This document shows positions 38,224-47,741 of a stretch of DNA of 64,000 bases, piece after piece. Source of the stretch: an uncultured Pseudomonadota bacterium (lineage in GTDB: Bacteria > Vulcanimicrobiota > Vulcanimicrobiia > Eremiobacterales > Eremiobacteraceae); the NCBI GenBank assembly GCA_963736005.1, contig CAVTNB010000001.1, positions 928,001 to 992,000 on the forward strand. Reading direction: 5' to 3'. The position numbers were made by a program, and so were the translations under genes. The first letter of the stretch is position 1, and every line of letters starts with the position of its first letter. The notes under the pieces are model-generated. The model had not been told where the DNA came from, made no database searches, and was given only the letters and a program-made list of their open reading frames with translations.

Positions 38224-39376
38224 CTATTTGTCTTGCGCGTAGCCGGCTGGGATGTCGAAGAGCGAAACATCGGCGGCGGTGAGCTGGCGTATGTTCCCGC
38301 GCTGGGAAAGTTGCAGGTAGTTTGCGGGCAACGCCTGCGGTCCTCCGCCACCTTGGAAGCGCTGCATCATCGCGGCCGGATCGATCGTGTTGCCTGACTC
38401 CGGTTTTTGTGCTGCGGCAATCGCGTCGCGCACGACGGTAACGAGTCGGTAGACGTACATCTGGCCGCTCGGTACGCGGCGTTCCAGAGACCTGGCGATT
38501 GATTGTTGCAGAGCAGCCGTTCGGGAGCGCCAATGTATCGAGTGACACTTCCTTCGACTGCGCCACAGGCTCTGGGAGCTGCGCGAGATATTCGAGCTTC
38601 TTTGCCCGAAAGGTACCGTCTTGGCACGTTCCGGAGCTGCCGGTGAGCGTCACGATTGCTTCGGAACTATACCCGACGACTGGCTGGCTGTCAACGGTCT
38701 GGGTATCAGCTTGGCCAATAGAAAGCATCGAGTTTGCCGTCGCCTCACCAGTTAATGTCGGCGCACCGGCTACGGTGTTTTGCTCGGTCTGAACCGGCGC
38801 GGTCATGTCGTAGGTGCGATACGTCTTAGCCTGCACATCGATAAAAACCACCTGATGCTGATCGGGTTTTGTAATAATGATCGAACTGGCGGTCTCAACG
38901 CGCGTCCAACCGTTGTAAAACGCGTAGCGGGTGAGCACCGGTGGCTTGGCCCCCGCAAGCTGATCCATCATGGCCTGCTGCTGTTTCTTGGCTTGTTCCA
39001 TTTGTTTCTTCGCTTGACTCATCGAGAAGATCGTACCAACGACCGGAATCATGTCGACTGCCATCTGTCCTAAGTTCGGCCCTCCCATCCCGACGTTCAT
39101 CCCGCCTGATGCATGTTGTGCATCTATGGCTGCTTGAACTTCATCCGCGAACCCTGTGATCGGGGGTGGTGTTGCCGTGCCTGCGAGGGTGCGATCGACT
39201 TGATCGAAGGCGATATTGAGTGGCGCTGGCGTCTGAGCCGCTGGTGTCAGCGTTGCCGCTGACGCCGGTTGTCCTGCGGCGCCTGGGCTCGTGGGATCGG
39301 CATTCGCCAGCGCCACCGTCAAGAGACAAAGAGCGGTAGCAATGGAAGCGATTCTCGCAAGCATGTACTGCCTCAA
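38224..39376 (-). pseudogene. Secreted DUF4412-like protein with apparent frameshift near 38476
   Basis: Main ORF turns to non-protein-like sequence after QVSGTP; another frame gives VPSGQMYVYRLV..SLFDIPAGY, matching the paralog C-terminus. Confidence 0.7.
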
Positions 39377-39735
39377 TTCACTGTTACAGCCACCGATACG
39401 GTTTGACCGTTCCCATCACTCACCTTGATGGAGCACGTACCCGCGGCGACTGCCGTTACCATGAACGCGTTCGTGGTCCCGTTGACCGGAGCAACGCTCG
39501 CAACGTTGACGTTCGTGGTCTGAGCGCTGAAAAACGAATTGCCCGATTCACTTGCCGTGATGGTCTGTTGGCTGGATGCGCCGCTTGTCTGCATTGTCAA
39601 ACTTTTTGGCACCGTCGTCAAGGGCGGAGTTGGGGTCGGCGAGGGGATGAGGTTGAGGGGGTTCAGAGCACCGCCCAGACCGCATCCGCCTAGCAGAAGC
39701 GCCGCCGCGAATATAGCGAAAAGACTTACTTTCAT
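39373..39735 (-). CDS. Small lipoprotein with Ig-like domain
   Basis: MKVSLF..LGGC lipobox, PSPTPTP, VTAVAAGTCSIKVSD. Confidence 0.75.
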   Translation of the reverse strand: MKVSLFAIFAAALLLGGCGLGGALNPLNLIPSPTPTPPLTTVPKSLTMQTSGASSQQTITASESGNSFFSAQTTNVNVASVAPVNGTTNAFMVTAVAAGTCSIKVSDGNGQTVSVAVTVN

Positions 39736-39845
39736 GTTGTCTACGGCCGGCTCACGCCAACCGTCCTCCCTGTCTCGACTATAGGGCCAGCCGCTTGGTG
39801 GCGACATCCGGGGAACCTCGCAACGTCGCCCGCAAGAAGAGCGTG

Positions 39846-39887
39846 AGCGGACCTAAAGGTCCGCTGCTACAAAGGTCCGCCGCTACA
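39846..39887 (-). repeat. REP family B plus tandem half copy
   Basis: AGCGGACCTAAAGGTCCGCTGCTACA-AAGGTCCGCCGCTACA. Confidence 0.8.
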
Positions 39888-39907
39888 GAGGCGGGGAACG
39901 CGCGTGA

Positions 39908-42900
39908 GTGCTCGATCTTTTCCCCCCAACCGAACAGCAGCTCGCCGTCATCAATCATCGCGGGAGCAACATGCTCGTGCTTGCCGGGCCCGGGACCGGC
40001 AAGACGGAGACTCTAGCCCGCCGCTTCGCGTCGTTGGTCGCTGATGGGGTACCGGCCAATCAAATCCTTGTCTTGACTTTTTCGCGGCGGGCCGCCGAGG
40101 AAATGCGGGATCGCGTTCTCTTGCGGCTGCGGCAGCTTCGCCGGACGAGCCTGGCAGTCTCGGAGCTCTTCGTCAAGACGTTTCACAGCTTTTGCGCGCG
40201 ACTGCTCGATGGTGATGACGTTCGAATGCCGAGGCGCGCCTTGCTGACGCCCGTGAAGGAGAGACTACTGTGGCGCCGACTGATGCGCGCAGGGACCCTT
40301 AATTTCGAATCGTTCGACAGGGGCGTTGCCGAGAGTCCGCAGTTCGCCACAGACTGCCTCAATATTATTGGCCAGTTGAAAGGGCGAGGAATCTCCCCAA
40401 ACCATTTCGCCAGCATTGCTCGCAGCGACCCCCGCTTGCGCGATGTAGCGATGGTCTTCGAACGCATGGAACGCGAGCGCGAGCGTTTGGATTTGCACGA
40501 TTACCGAGATCTTGTCAACGAGGCCGATCGCGAACTGCGAGCTGCCGACAGCAAGGCCGCCCGCTGGCTGCGCGGATCTCGCTTCCAACACATTTTAGTT
40601 GACGAGTTTCAAGACAGCGACCTCATGCAACTACGCTTGCTCGAGGCGATGCGTGCCGGGGTCGAGCCGGAGCCCTGCTTTTGCTTTGTGGGTGACAAGA
40701 ACCAATCGATCTATCGGTTCCGTGGGGCATCGCCGGACAATGTCACTCGCGCGGCCGATCGGTTCGCCTGCTCGACGCTTTTGTTGCATGATAACCGCCG
40801 CTCCGCACCCGTCATTCTCGCGGTAGCCAACGCCGATGACAAGCTCGATGACGCCTCCAAAACAAAAGCGGCCGATCCGACCAAGGCTGGCGGCATCCGT
40901 TTTGTGCGCCCGCTTTCGCTCGAGGACGAAGTGCAGTTTCTCTGCGAAGCCATAGGAGAAAAAGTCGCCGCGGGTATTGCACCTCGAGCCATTGCCGTCT
41001 TGCTGCGCCGAACGCGTCCGTATCAGCAACTTATCATCAGCGCGTTGCACGAAGCAGGAATTCCGGTTGCCGTGCAACCCACGGCAGGCTTCCATGAAGA
41101 TGCGCTCATCGATTCCGTGCTGACGGCGCTTCATCTTCTCGCTGCGCCGCTGGACTCGAGTCTGTGGCAGCGCTTGCTCAACAATCCGATTGTTGGCTAC
41201 CGCCCTATTGACGTCTGCTATGCCTTCGACGCCGGACGCCGCAATGGACTTTCCGACCCACACGCAATGCTGACGAGCAACCCACCGCAGGGCGTGCGAT
41301 CGATTCACAGTTTTCTTGACGCGTGGCGGCGCTGCGTGCACGCTTACGATCGCGGCGAGCCACTCGAACTGCTCCAGACAATCGTGCATCAACTCGATCT
41401 TTTACGGCCAGTCCGCGAGAGCTCTCGAGTCGACGGATTCGACCTCGATGCCTCACCGGCGCGACTGCAAACGTTGCTTCAGGCAGCGGACGACTATCGA
41501 GAGATCGAGAGTGGGCGGACGTCAGATATCATCGCAGAGTTTATGGAGCATCTCGATGAGACCGTCGGCTTGCTTGAAGACGCAAACCAGCCGCCGGGAA
41601 ACGCGGTCGCGGGCGTACGGGTCATCTCCATTCATGCTGCCAAGGGATTGGAATTCGATTTCGTCGCGATTCCTGAGTTGCTCGAGGGCATTCTGCCAGC
41701 GAGCGAGCGGCCCAATCGGCTGCTGTCGCGGCGCAGCATTGCCACGTTACGCAAGGCTGGTGCGGACATTTTTGTCGACGACGATGAAGCACGCAGTGAG
41801 GAACACTCGCTATGGTATGTTGCGCTGACCAGGGCGCGTTCGGAAGTTCTGACGACCGCCGCGCAAGTGGACGACGACGGCGTGGACCTGCAACCATCGT
41901 CATTCGCGAGGGCGATCGAAAAGGTCGAGAGCGTCGAGAGCAAGGAGAGCGGACCTAAAGGTCCGCTGCTCCACAGGCCCGGGGCGACTTTCCAATCGCC
42001 GCCTACAGCGGTAGTACCCATAAAGTTGCCGATTGAGGCGTTATCGCCCAGTAGCATCAGTAACTTCGTCGCCTGCCCGCGGCGCTTCTACTATGGAGAC
42101 GTGTTGCGACTTCCTCGACGCGATGATGACGCGACCCTGTATGGCCGGCGACTCCACACGATCCTGCGACGCTTTCATGAAATCGAGACTGATTTCGAGC
42201 ACGTCGACGATCCGCTGGTTGCGGCTGCGCGCTACGAACGCACGTTGCGACGAATCATCGTCGAGGAAGATGGTTTTGGCGAAGTTGGTTTGAGCCCGCA
42301 AGAGCGCTTCGAACGCGACGACCTTATGCAACGCCTTACTCAGTATGCCGGCGCGCTCGCGCGAGAAGCCGTGACAAGTCCTTTTCGAGTGCTGGCATGC
42401 GAGAGGTCTGTGGCATCGTCCTTCGACGGGTTGACGATTCGGGGAATGGTCGATCGCATCGATCGGCTCGCCAGCGGCGAGTTGGTCATTCGTGACTACA
42501 AATCGGGGCGCTGCAAAGGCCTCCTTGCGACCTCATTGCGCAACGCGTTCGAGCAGTTAGATTCGGGAGAAATGCTGCTTCGGGGACGCACCCGAGGGCT
42601 TGAACGTGCAGACCATTCTTTACATTCCGGGAGTCGAAGAAGCGTTTGGCGCGCGGGTGCGGCGGCTCGATTACCTCTACTTTCGAGGCAAAGGAGCTGA
42701 CGACAGCCAGCTCCGGTATGATAGTACTGAGATCCTTGACTCAGACGCGCCATCAACAGGCGCAAACGAACTGAGCCGACACGACATTGCCAGAGCTCGC
42801 CGAGACATCGCCGTGAGGATTGTGGAACTCTGCGGCGATGGCAGCATGGCCGCCTTCTCGACGGCGCTCGATGAGAGAACCTGCATGTTCTGCGACTTCG

Positions 42901-42938
42901 TACGTATTTGTCCGGGGGCTGGGGCAATCCCGGCATGA
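39908..42938 (+). CDS. UvrD-type helicase with PD-(D/E)XK nuclease (AdnA/AddB-like); apparent frameshift at 42561-42600
   Basis: AGPGTGKT, TFHSF, VDEFQD, VGDKNQSIYRFRGA, IHAAKGLEF, YVALTRA, GMVDRID, DYKSG; C-terminal CMFCDFVRIC in another frame ends in an ATGA overlap with the next gene. Confidence 0.85.
41948..42007 (-). repeat. Two REPs (B and C) in frame within the helicase-nuclease linker
   Basis: AGCGGACCTAAAGGTCCGCTGCTCCA and GGGGCGACTTTCCAATCGCCGCCTACA encode SGPKGPLLH..GATFQSPPT. Confidence 0.85.
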
Positions 42939-45900
42939 GCCTAGCCGGCACGATCGCGCTCACCAGCGCGCAGCGCAGCGTCGTCGAGCACCCGCTCGGC
43001 AAACCTGGAGTGGTCGACGCAGGCGCGGGTACCGGCAAGACCTTTACCATCGTCGAGCGAGTCGCCGCGCTTGACGAGAGCAAAACGTGCCCGGCAGACA
43101 AAATTTTGCTGCTCACCTTTGCGCGAAAAGCTGCTGCAGAACTACGCGCTCGGATCGCGCGGCGGCTCAACGATAGGACTCCCACCTGCTCGACTTTTCA
43201 TGCGTTCGCTTGGAGCATTTTATCTTCGCACGCGTACGACGTCGGGATCTCTCCGGAGACGACTATCCTCGAGGATGCTGACGCTCGCGTGGAGTTCCAC
43301 AAGGCTTTCGACGAATTCTTGAACGATCCCAAAGCAGCGGCTAGCGGGTTCCCATTGCGCGCCTTCAATGGCGAAGAAATCCGAACTGCGCTCTTTAGCA
43401 TCGATCAAAGACTCAAGCAAGATGGGATATCCATCGCAGCCTTTCGAGAGCGGGCCTTGATAGCGGCTGATGTTTTTGGCGCCGTTCGCTATCGCGAGTT
43501 ACTCGAGCCCTATCGCCGTGCACAGCAGGGGAAGACTCACAGGATGGCCGCGCAGACCGACGACGACGCACTTCAACAGGAGATGGCGTGGGAGAAAGCG
43601 CGCATCGAGGCATGTGCGGACATTCTTGCACGCTTCGCCAAGCGTCTTGACGCGCGAAACGCGCTGACGTATGCGGACATTTTGGTGCGAGCAGAGAGAG
43701 CGCTCCGCGAGAACGATACCCTACAAGTTGACCTTCGCCAGCGGTATCGTTGCTGCATTGTTGACGAGTACCAAGATACCGACCGTGCGCAACATCGACT
43801 GCTTGAGGCACTTTTTGGTCCGGGACTCGCATCGGTCATGGTGGTCGGGGATGCGTTACAAAGTATCTTCAGCTTTCGTGGAGCGCACCCGGAGAACGTT
43901 GCGGTCTTCGCACGCGCGCCTGAAGCCGTGCGTTATGCGCTCGTCGAAAACCGCCGATCTCGACAGGAGATCCTCGATCTCGCGTACGCGTCGGTCGCCG
44001 TTGCCCACAACGACGCGCAAGCGCTTCGCGGCGAACGCGGGCACGCGGGCGAGCAGATCGTCCACCTGACAAGTCTTTGGACGCCCGATGCCACTCGCTA
44101 TCTCCCCGCCGACGAAGCACGCACATTTGAAGCGACGGCAGTTGCACAGCGCATTCGCCAGTTGCTCGCAAGCGGGCAAACCGTTCGTGTGGGTGAGAAC
44201 AGCGAGCCCATATCGCCTCGTCACATCGCCATCCTCTCGCGCACGAAGAAAAACGTCCAGCCGGTAACGCGCGCGCTGCTCGACGCTGGGGTCCCGTTCA
44301 AACTCGTCGGCGGCGTCGGCTTTTACGAGGCGCCGGAGATTCGTGACGTTCTTGCCTGGATACGACTGCTCGCGAATCCATTTGACTCTCTGGCGGTGGC
44401 ACGGGCCTTGCAGTCCAGCGCGATCGGTGCTTCTGATGCCACCGTCGCTCAGCTGGCTCGTGGCAGCAGCCGAGACGAGACGGCATTTGCACGACGGGCA
44501 TTGATCGAAGACCTCCCCGAAAGCGGATTCGATGCGCCAGTCCGCGAGGCGGCGCTCAAAATGCGCAGCCTCTTGGATGCTCTCGCACCGCACGCCGCGC
44601 TGCCGCTCGTTGGCGCGCTTCGTGCAGTGCTGGAGGCAACCGGCATCGAGCGCGAGTACCGCGATGGCCACGGGCCGCGCGCCGAACAGGCTGTGGCGAA
44701 TCTCATGAAGCTTGAGGCGCTGGCGCGCTCGTTCGTCGCGCAATCGCCGGGCGCGCAACCTGCCGATTTCGTGAGCTTTATGAACGAACTCGAGCTCGTC
44801 GACTTCGACGAGCGAGAAGCTGACGTCTCTGCGAGCGACGCCGTTACGATCGCAACGATTCACGCGGCCAAGGGGCTTGAGTGGCCATTTGTGTTTGTGC
44901 TCGGGGTTTGGCCGAAGCTTCCCAACGAGCCAAGGCTCTTTATGGACGAGAAAACCGGGGCGCTCCTTTACGCCGAGAATCCCGACGGTTCGCGTTCGTT
45001 TCATTACGAGAGCGTGACTCGCGGAGCGGACGAGCAAGGTTTTGTCCCGCGCAAGGAGAGCGGCAAGGAAAACCCAGAAGAGCGTCGGCTTTTGTACGTC
45101 GCGCTCACCCGAGCTCGCGACCGCTTGTTCATCAGCGGGTTACGCTTTAAGCCTTCGAAGGCGCATCCTGATGGGAAGCCCCATGACTACATCCAAGAGA
45201 TCTACGATTGGCTGAGCGCACGGGGTTGGGTTGCAGACGAGTTCTTACCTCCGGATGACCCAACGGTAGTCCCAAAATTTTCATCGCTTGACCGGCCGCC
45301 AGCGACGCAAAGCTCTTCGTCTCAGCCAACACAATTAACGGGGATTGGCATGTCAGCATCCGCGCGAGAGACCACGCTTGCCCTTCCTTTGTCATACTCG
45401 CTCGTCGCTCGGTTTGAGCGATGTCCACGCCAAGCAACCTACAAACTCATGCTGCGCCTACCGGAAATCAGCGAGAACCAAAAACAAAAGCGGCGCGAGC
45501 TGCGCACCGAGGAATCGCTCGATCCGAGCGAGATGGCAGCTCCAGATTCGTTGCTTGGAGCAGGCGAATACGGTCAGATGCTTCACAAAGCGCTCGAGCT
45601 GTGGGCGGTCGACAAGCGCAACAAGGCTTCCGTGAAGAGCGCAGCAGCATACCTTGATGATGCCGCTCGCTTGCTCGCCGTCGCAATACCCAACAAGCAG
45701 CGCGATGAGGCCCAGTCGGCGTTAGAGAGGAGCATGCTCGAGCTGCGCGAGTGGCAACCCGTACACATCGAAGCGCCTTTTACCCTGGATTTCGGGGAAG
45801 AGGGGAGGCCGCTTTTGGTATCTGGGTACCTCGATCTCCTCGCGCGCACTACCGACGGTCAAGCGTGCTTGATCGATTACAAGACGGGCGACCAGACAGC

Positions 45901-46171
45901 CGATCATGCCTTGCAACTCGCGCTGTATAGGTGTGCCGCGGATGAGGTCTACGGAATGAAGAATCCAGCGTGTTTCGTCGGCCAAATTGACGGCAAAGAC
46001 TTTACCCTGCGGCGCGTTGAGCCTGTCGCGTCTGCGGAGTTGCGCGCGCGCATTCTTGCGGTCCGCGACGGACTACTTGCTCGCGAGGATCGCGCCATAG
46101 CGGGAGTTTGGTGTTGGACGTGCGGCTACCGCGACGCTCCCTGCCGCGATTATCGGGCGGCGCACAAATAA
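42935..46171 (+). CDS. UvrD-type helicase with PD-(D/E)XK nuclease (AdnB/AddA-like)
   Basis: AGAGTGKT, VDEYQD, QSIFSFRGA, IHAAKGLEW, EERRLLYVALTRA, GYLDLL, DYKTG, QLALY, CWTCGYRDAPC. Confidence 0.9.
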   Translation: MSLAGTIALTSAQRSVVEHPLGKPGVVDAGAGTGKTFTIVERVAALDESKTCPADKILLLTFARKAAAELRARIARRLNDRTPTCSTFHAFAWSILSSHAYDVGISPETTILEDADARVEFHKAFDEFLNDPKAAASGFPLRAFNGEEIRTALFSIDQRLKQDGISIAAFRERALIAADVFGAVRYRELLEPYRRAQQGKTHRMAAQTDDDALQQEMAWEKARIEACADILARFAKRLDARNALTYADILVRAERALRENDTLQVDLRQRYRCCIVDEYQDTDRAQHRLLEALFGPGLASVMVVGDALQSIFSFRGAHPENVAVFARAPEAVRYALVENRRSRQEILDLAYASVAVAHNDAQALRGERGHAGEQIVHLTSLWTPDATRYLPADEARTFEATAVAQRIRQLLASGQTVRVGENSEPISPRHIAILSRTKKNVQPVTRALLDAGVPFKLVGGVGFYEAPEIRDVLAWIRLLANPFDSLAVARALQSSAIGASDATVAQLARGSSRDETAFARRALIEDLPESGFDAPVREAALKMRSLLDALAPHAALPLVGALRAVLEATGIEREYRDGHGPRAEQAVANLMKLEALARSFVAQSPGAQPADFVSFMNELELVDFDEREADVSASDAVTIATIHAAKGLEWPFVFVLGVWPKLPNEPRLFMDEKTGALLYAENPDGSRSFHYESVTRGADEQGFVPRKESGKENPEERRLLYVALTRARDRLFISGLRFKPSKAHPDGKPHDYIQEIYDWLSARGWVADEFLPPDDPTVVPKFSSLDRPPATQSSSSQPTQLTGIGMSASARETTLALPLSYSLVARFERCPRQATYKLMLRLPEISENQKQKRRELRTEESLDPSEMAAPDSLLGAGEYGQMLHKALELWAVDKRNKASVKSAAAYLDDAARLLAVAIPNKQRDEAQSALERSMLELREWQPVHIEAPFTLDFGEEGRPLLVSGYLDLLARTTDGQACLIDYKTGDQTADHALQLALYRCAADEVYGMKNPACFVGQIDGKDFTLRRVEPVASAELRARILAVRDGLLAREDRAIAGVWCWTCGYRDAPCRDYRAAHK

Positions 46172-46182
46172 ATTTCGGGCCA

Positions 46183-46208
46183 GGGCGACTTGACAGTCGC
46201 CCGCTACA
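46183..46208 (-). repeat. REP family D whose GTAG supplies the cupin stop codon
   Basis: GGGCGACTTGACAGTCGCCCGCTACA; minus-strand TAG at 46204-46206. Confidence 0.8.
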
Positions 46209-46659
46209 TCTTCATTTTGGAGGCGGTCTTCGGGTTATCGCGGAGCGCCGCGAGCTCTTGACCTGTCAGCGCGCGTGGCCGATCCCGCTTCGCATCAACG
46301 ATGCACAGAAAACCGAACGGCTCGTCCGCGCTGTTGACGAATTGATGCGCAGTTTCGGGAGGCACGTAGATGTGATCGAACGGTTCGATCTCGACGACGC
46401 TGCCGCCGACGATCGCATAGCCTTGACCACGAACGCAGATCACCGAGTGAATGTGTTCGTGGCACTCCAGGCTCGTAAAGCCATCTTTGGCAACTTCGAA
46501 ATAGCGAACATCGAAATGTCCACCTTCTTCTCTCCCTTTGATGATATGGCGAGCCGTGTCGCGCCAGGAGCGGCCCGCGCCGTCCGAGTTTTCTGAGGCG
46601 TAGCTGGATGCCGCAACGCCTGACCAGCTAAACGATTTTTTGTCGAATTTCTTTTTCAT
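46204..46659 (-). CDS. Cupin resembling methylthioxylulose-5-phosphate methylsulfurylase (R. rubrum Rru_A2000-like)
   Basis: FSWSGV, VRYFEV..GFTSLECHEHIH, HQF, FGFLCIVDAKRDRP; family recalled from memory. Confidence 0.7.
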   Translation of the reverse strand: MKKKFDKKSFSWSGVAASSYASENSDGAGRSWRDTARHIIKGREEGGHFDVRYFEVAKDGFTSLECHEHIHSVICVRGQGYAIVGGSVVEIEPFDHIYVPPETAHQFVNSADEPFGFLCIVDAKRDRPRALTGQELAALRDNPKTASKMKM

Positions 46660-46677
46660 CGATTCTGCACGATCGCC

Positions 46678-47739
46678 TTAGGGATAGACAATCACTTTTA
46701 AGGCTTCATCTGGGCTTTTTAAGGCGGCATACGCCTTCGCCGCTTCGTCAAGGGAAAAGCGATGGGTGAAGAGCGGTTCGACGGCGAGGCCGCCGTTGAG
46801 CAACTCGAGCGCCTCGCGCGTATCGTCGGGTCCGGCCGAATAGCTCATGACGATGTTGACGTCTCGAAAGAAAAGATCGTTGACGTCGATGTTCCACGGC
46901 TCGCCGGGCGCAAGCGGCGTAAAGACCACAATGGTGCCGCCCCGCGCAACACATGAGCTGGCCGTTTCCAGCGCAGCTTTGGAACCAGGCGTCACAAAGA
47001 CGATTTCGGCGCCTTCGTCATTGGTCAGCTGCATCACTCGCTCGCGCAGAGGCGTGCTGTCGACGTCGATCGCCGCATGCGCCCCGAGACGTTCCGCGCG
47101 CTCGAGGCGCGCTGGAACGCGGTCTGCGCCGAGCACCAATTCGGCACCCTGCGCACGAGCGACGAGCATGTGCAGCATGCCCATGGCGCCAAGGCCGATG
47201 ACTAAAACCCTATCGCCTCCCCGCATGCCGGAGCGGCGCACCGATTTCACAACTGTCGCGAGGGGCTCGATGAGCGTGGCTCTCTCGTCACTGAGGGCGG
47301 ACGGTAGGCGCAGAACATCATGGAGCACGCTCGCCCGGGGGACGACGGCGAACTGCGCGAGCGCACCCGGCGCCAGGCGCGTTGCCCTCCACGTTTCGCA
47401 TTGGACGTAGTCCCCACGGCGGCAACGCCTGCACGTCATGCATGGCGCATGGTGATGAACGAAAACGCGCTCGCCAACGGCGAACGATGGCGCGCCGTTA
47501 GCGGGCTTCGCACCATCGCCGCATGCGGCTATTTCCGCGACCGGCTCATGCCCCAAGACGAAAGGGGCTTTTGCGTCAGCATACCACTGCAACGTCTCGC
47601 TCCCGCACAGTCCACAGGCCCGGATGCGGACCAGCAGTTCGCCTCTTTGGGGCGGCGCGAGAGGCAGGTCGCGGATGACAACCTTGCCTTGGCCTTCGTA
47701 GACTGCGGCTCGGGTTGTTCTTGGGAGGGATGCGCTCAT
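46678..47739 (-). CDS. Zn-dependent medium-chain (polyol-type) dehydrogenase
   Basis: CGLCGSE, LGHE, HHHAPCMTCRRC...C, IEP, GLGAMG. Confidence 0.9.
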   Translation of the reverse strand: MSASLPRTTRAAVYEGQGKVVIRDLPLAPPQRGELLVRIRACGLCGSETLQWYADAKAPFVLGHEPVAEIAACGDGAKPANGAPSFAVGERVFVHHHAPCMTCRRCRRGDYVQCETWRATRLAPGALAQFAVVPRASVLHDVLRLPSALSDERATLIEPLATVVKSVRRSGMRGGDRVLVIGLGAMGMLHMLVARAQGAELVLGADRVPARLERAERLGAHAAIDVDSTPLRERVMQLTNDEGAEIVFVTPGSKAALETASSCVARGGTIVVFTPLAPGEPWNIDVNDLFFRDVNIVMSYSAGPDDTREALELLNGGLAVEPLFTHRFSLDEAAKAYAALKSPDEALKVIVYP

Positions 47740-47741
47740 GA

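Noticed and set aside
37976..38460. C-terminal extension of ORF 37976..39376
   Set aside because: Product of the frameshift; it runs through REPs and overlaps the convergent gene
43856..45037. Long antisense ORFs (also 2944..3828, 5122..6141, 9052..9975, 20328..21284, 27170..28141)
   Set aside because: Shadow ORFs opposite well-supported genes, expected in GC-rich DNA
39908..46171. Anti-phage defence helicase-nuclease system
   Set aside because: Tandem UvrD plus PD-(D/E)XK architecture in a housekeeping neighbourhood fits AdnAB/AddAB DNA repair
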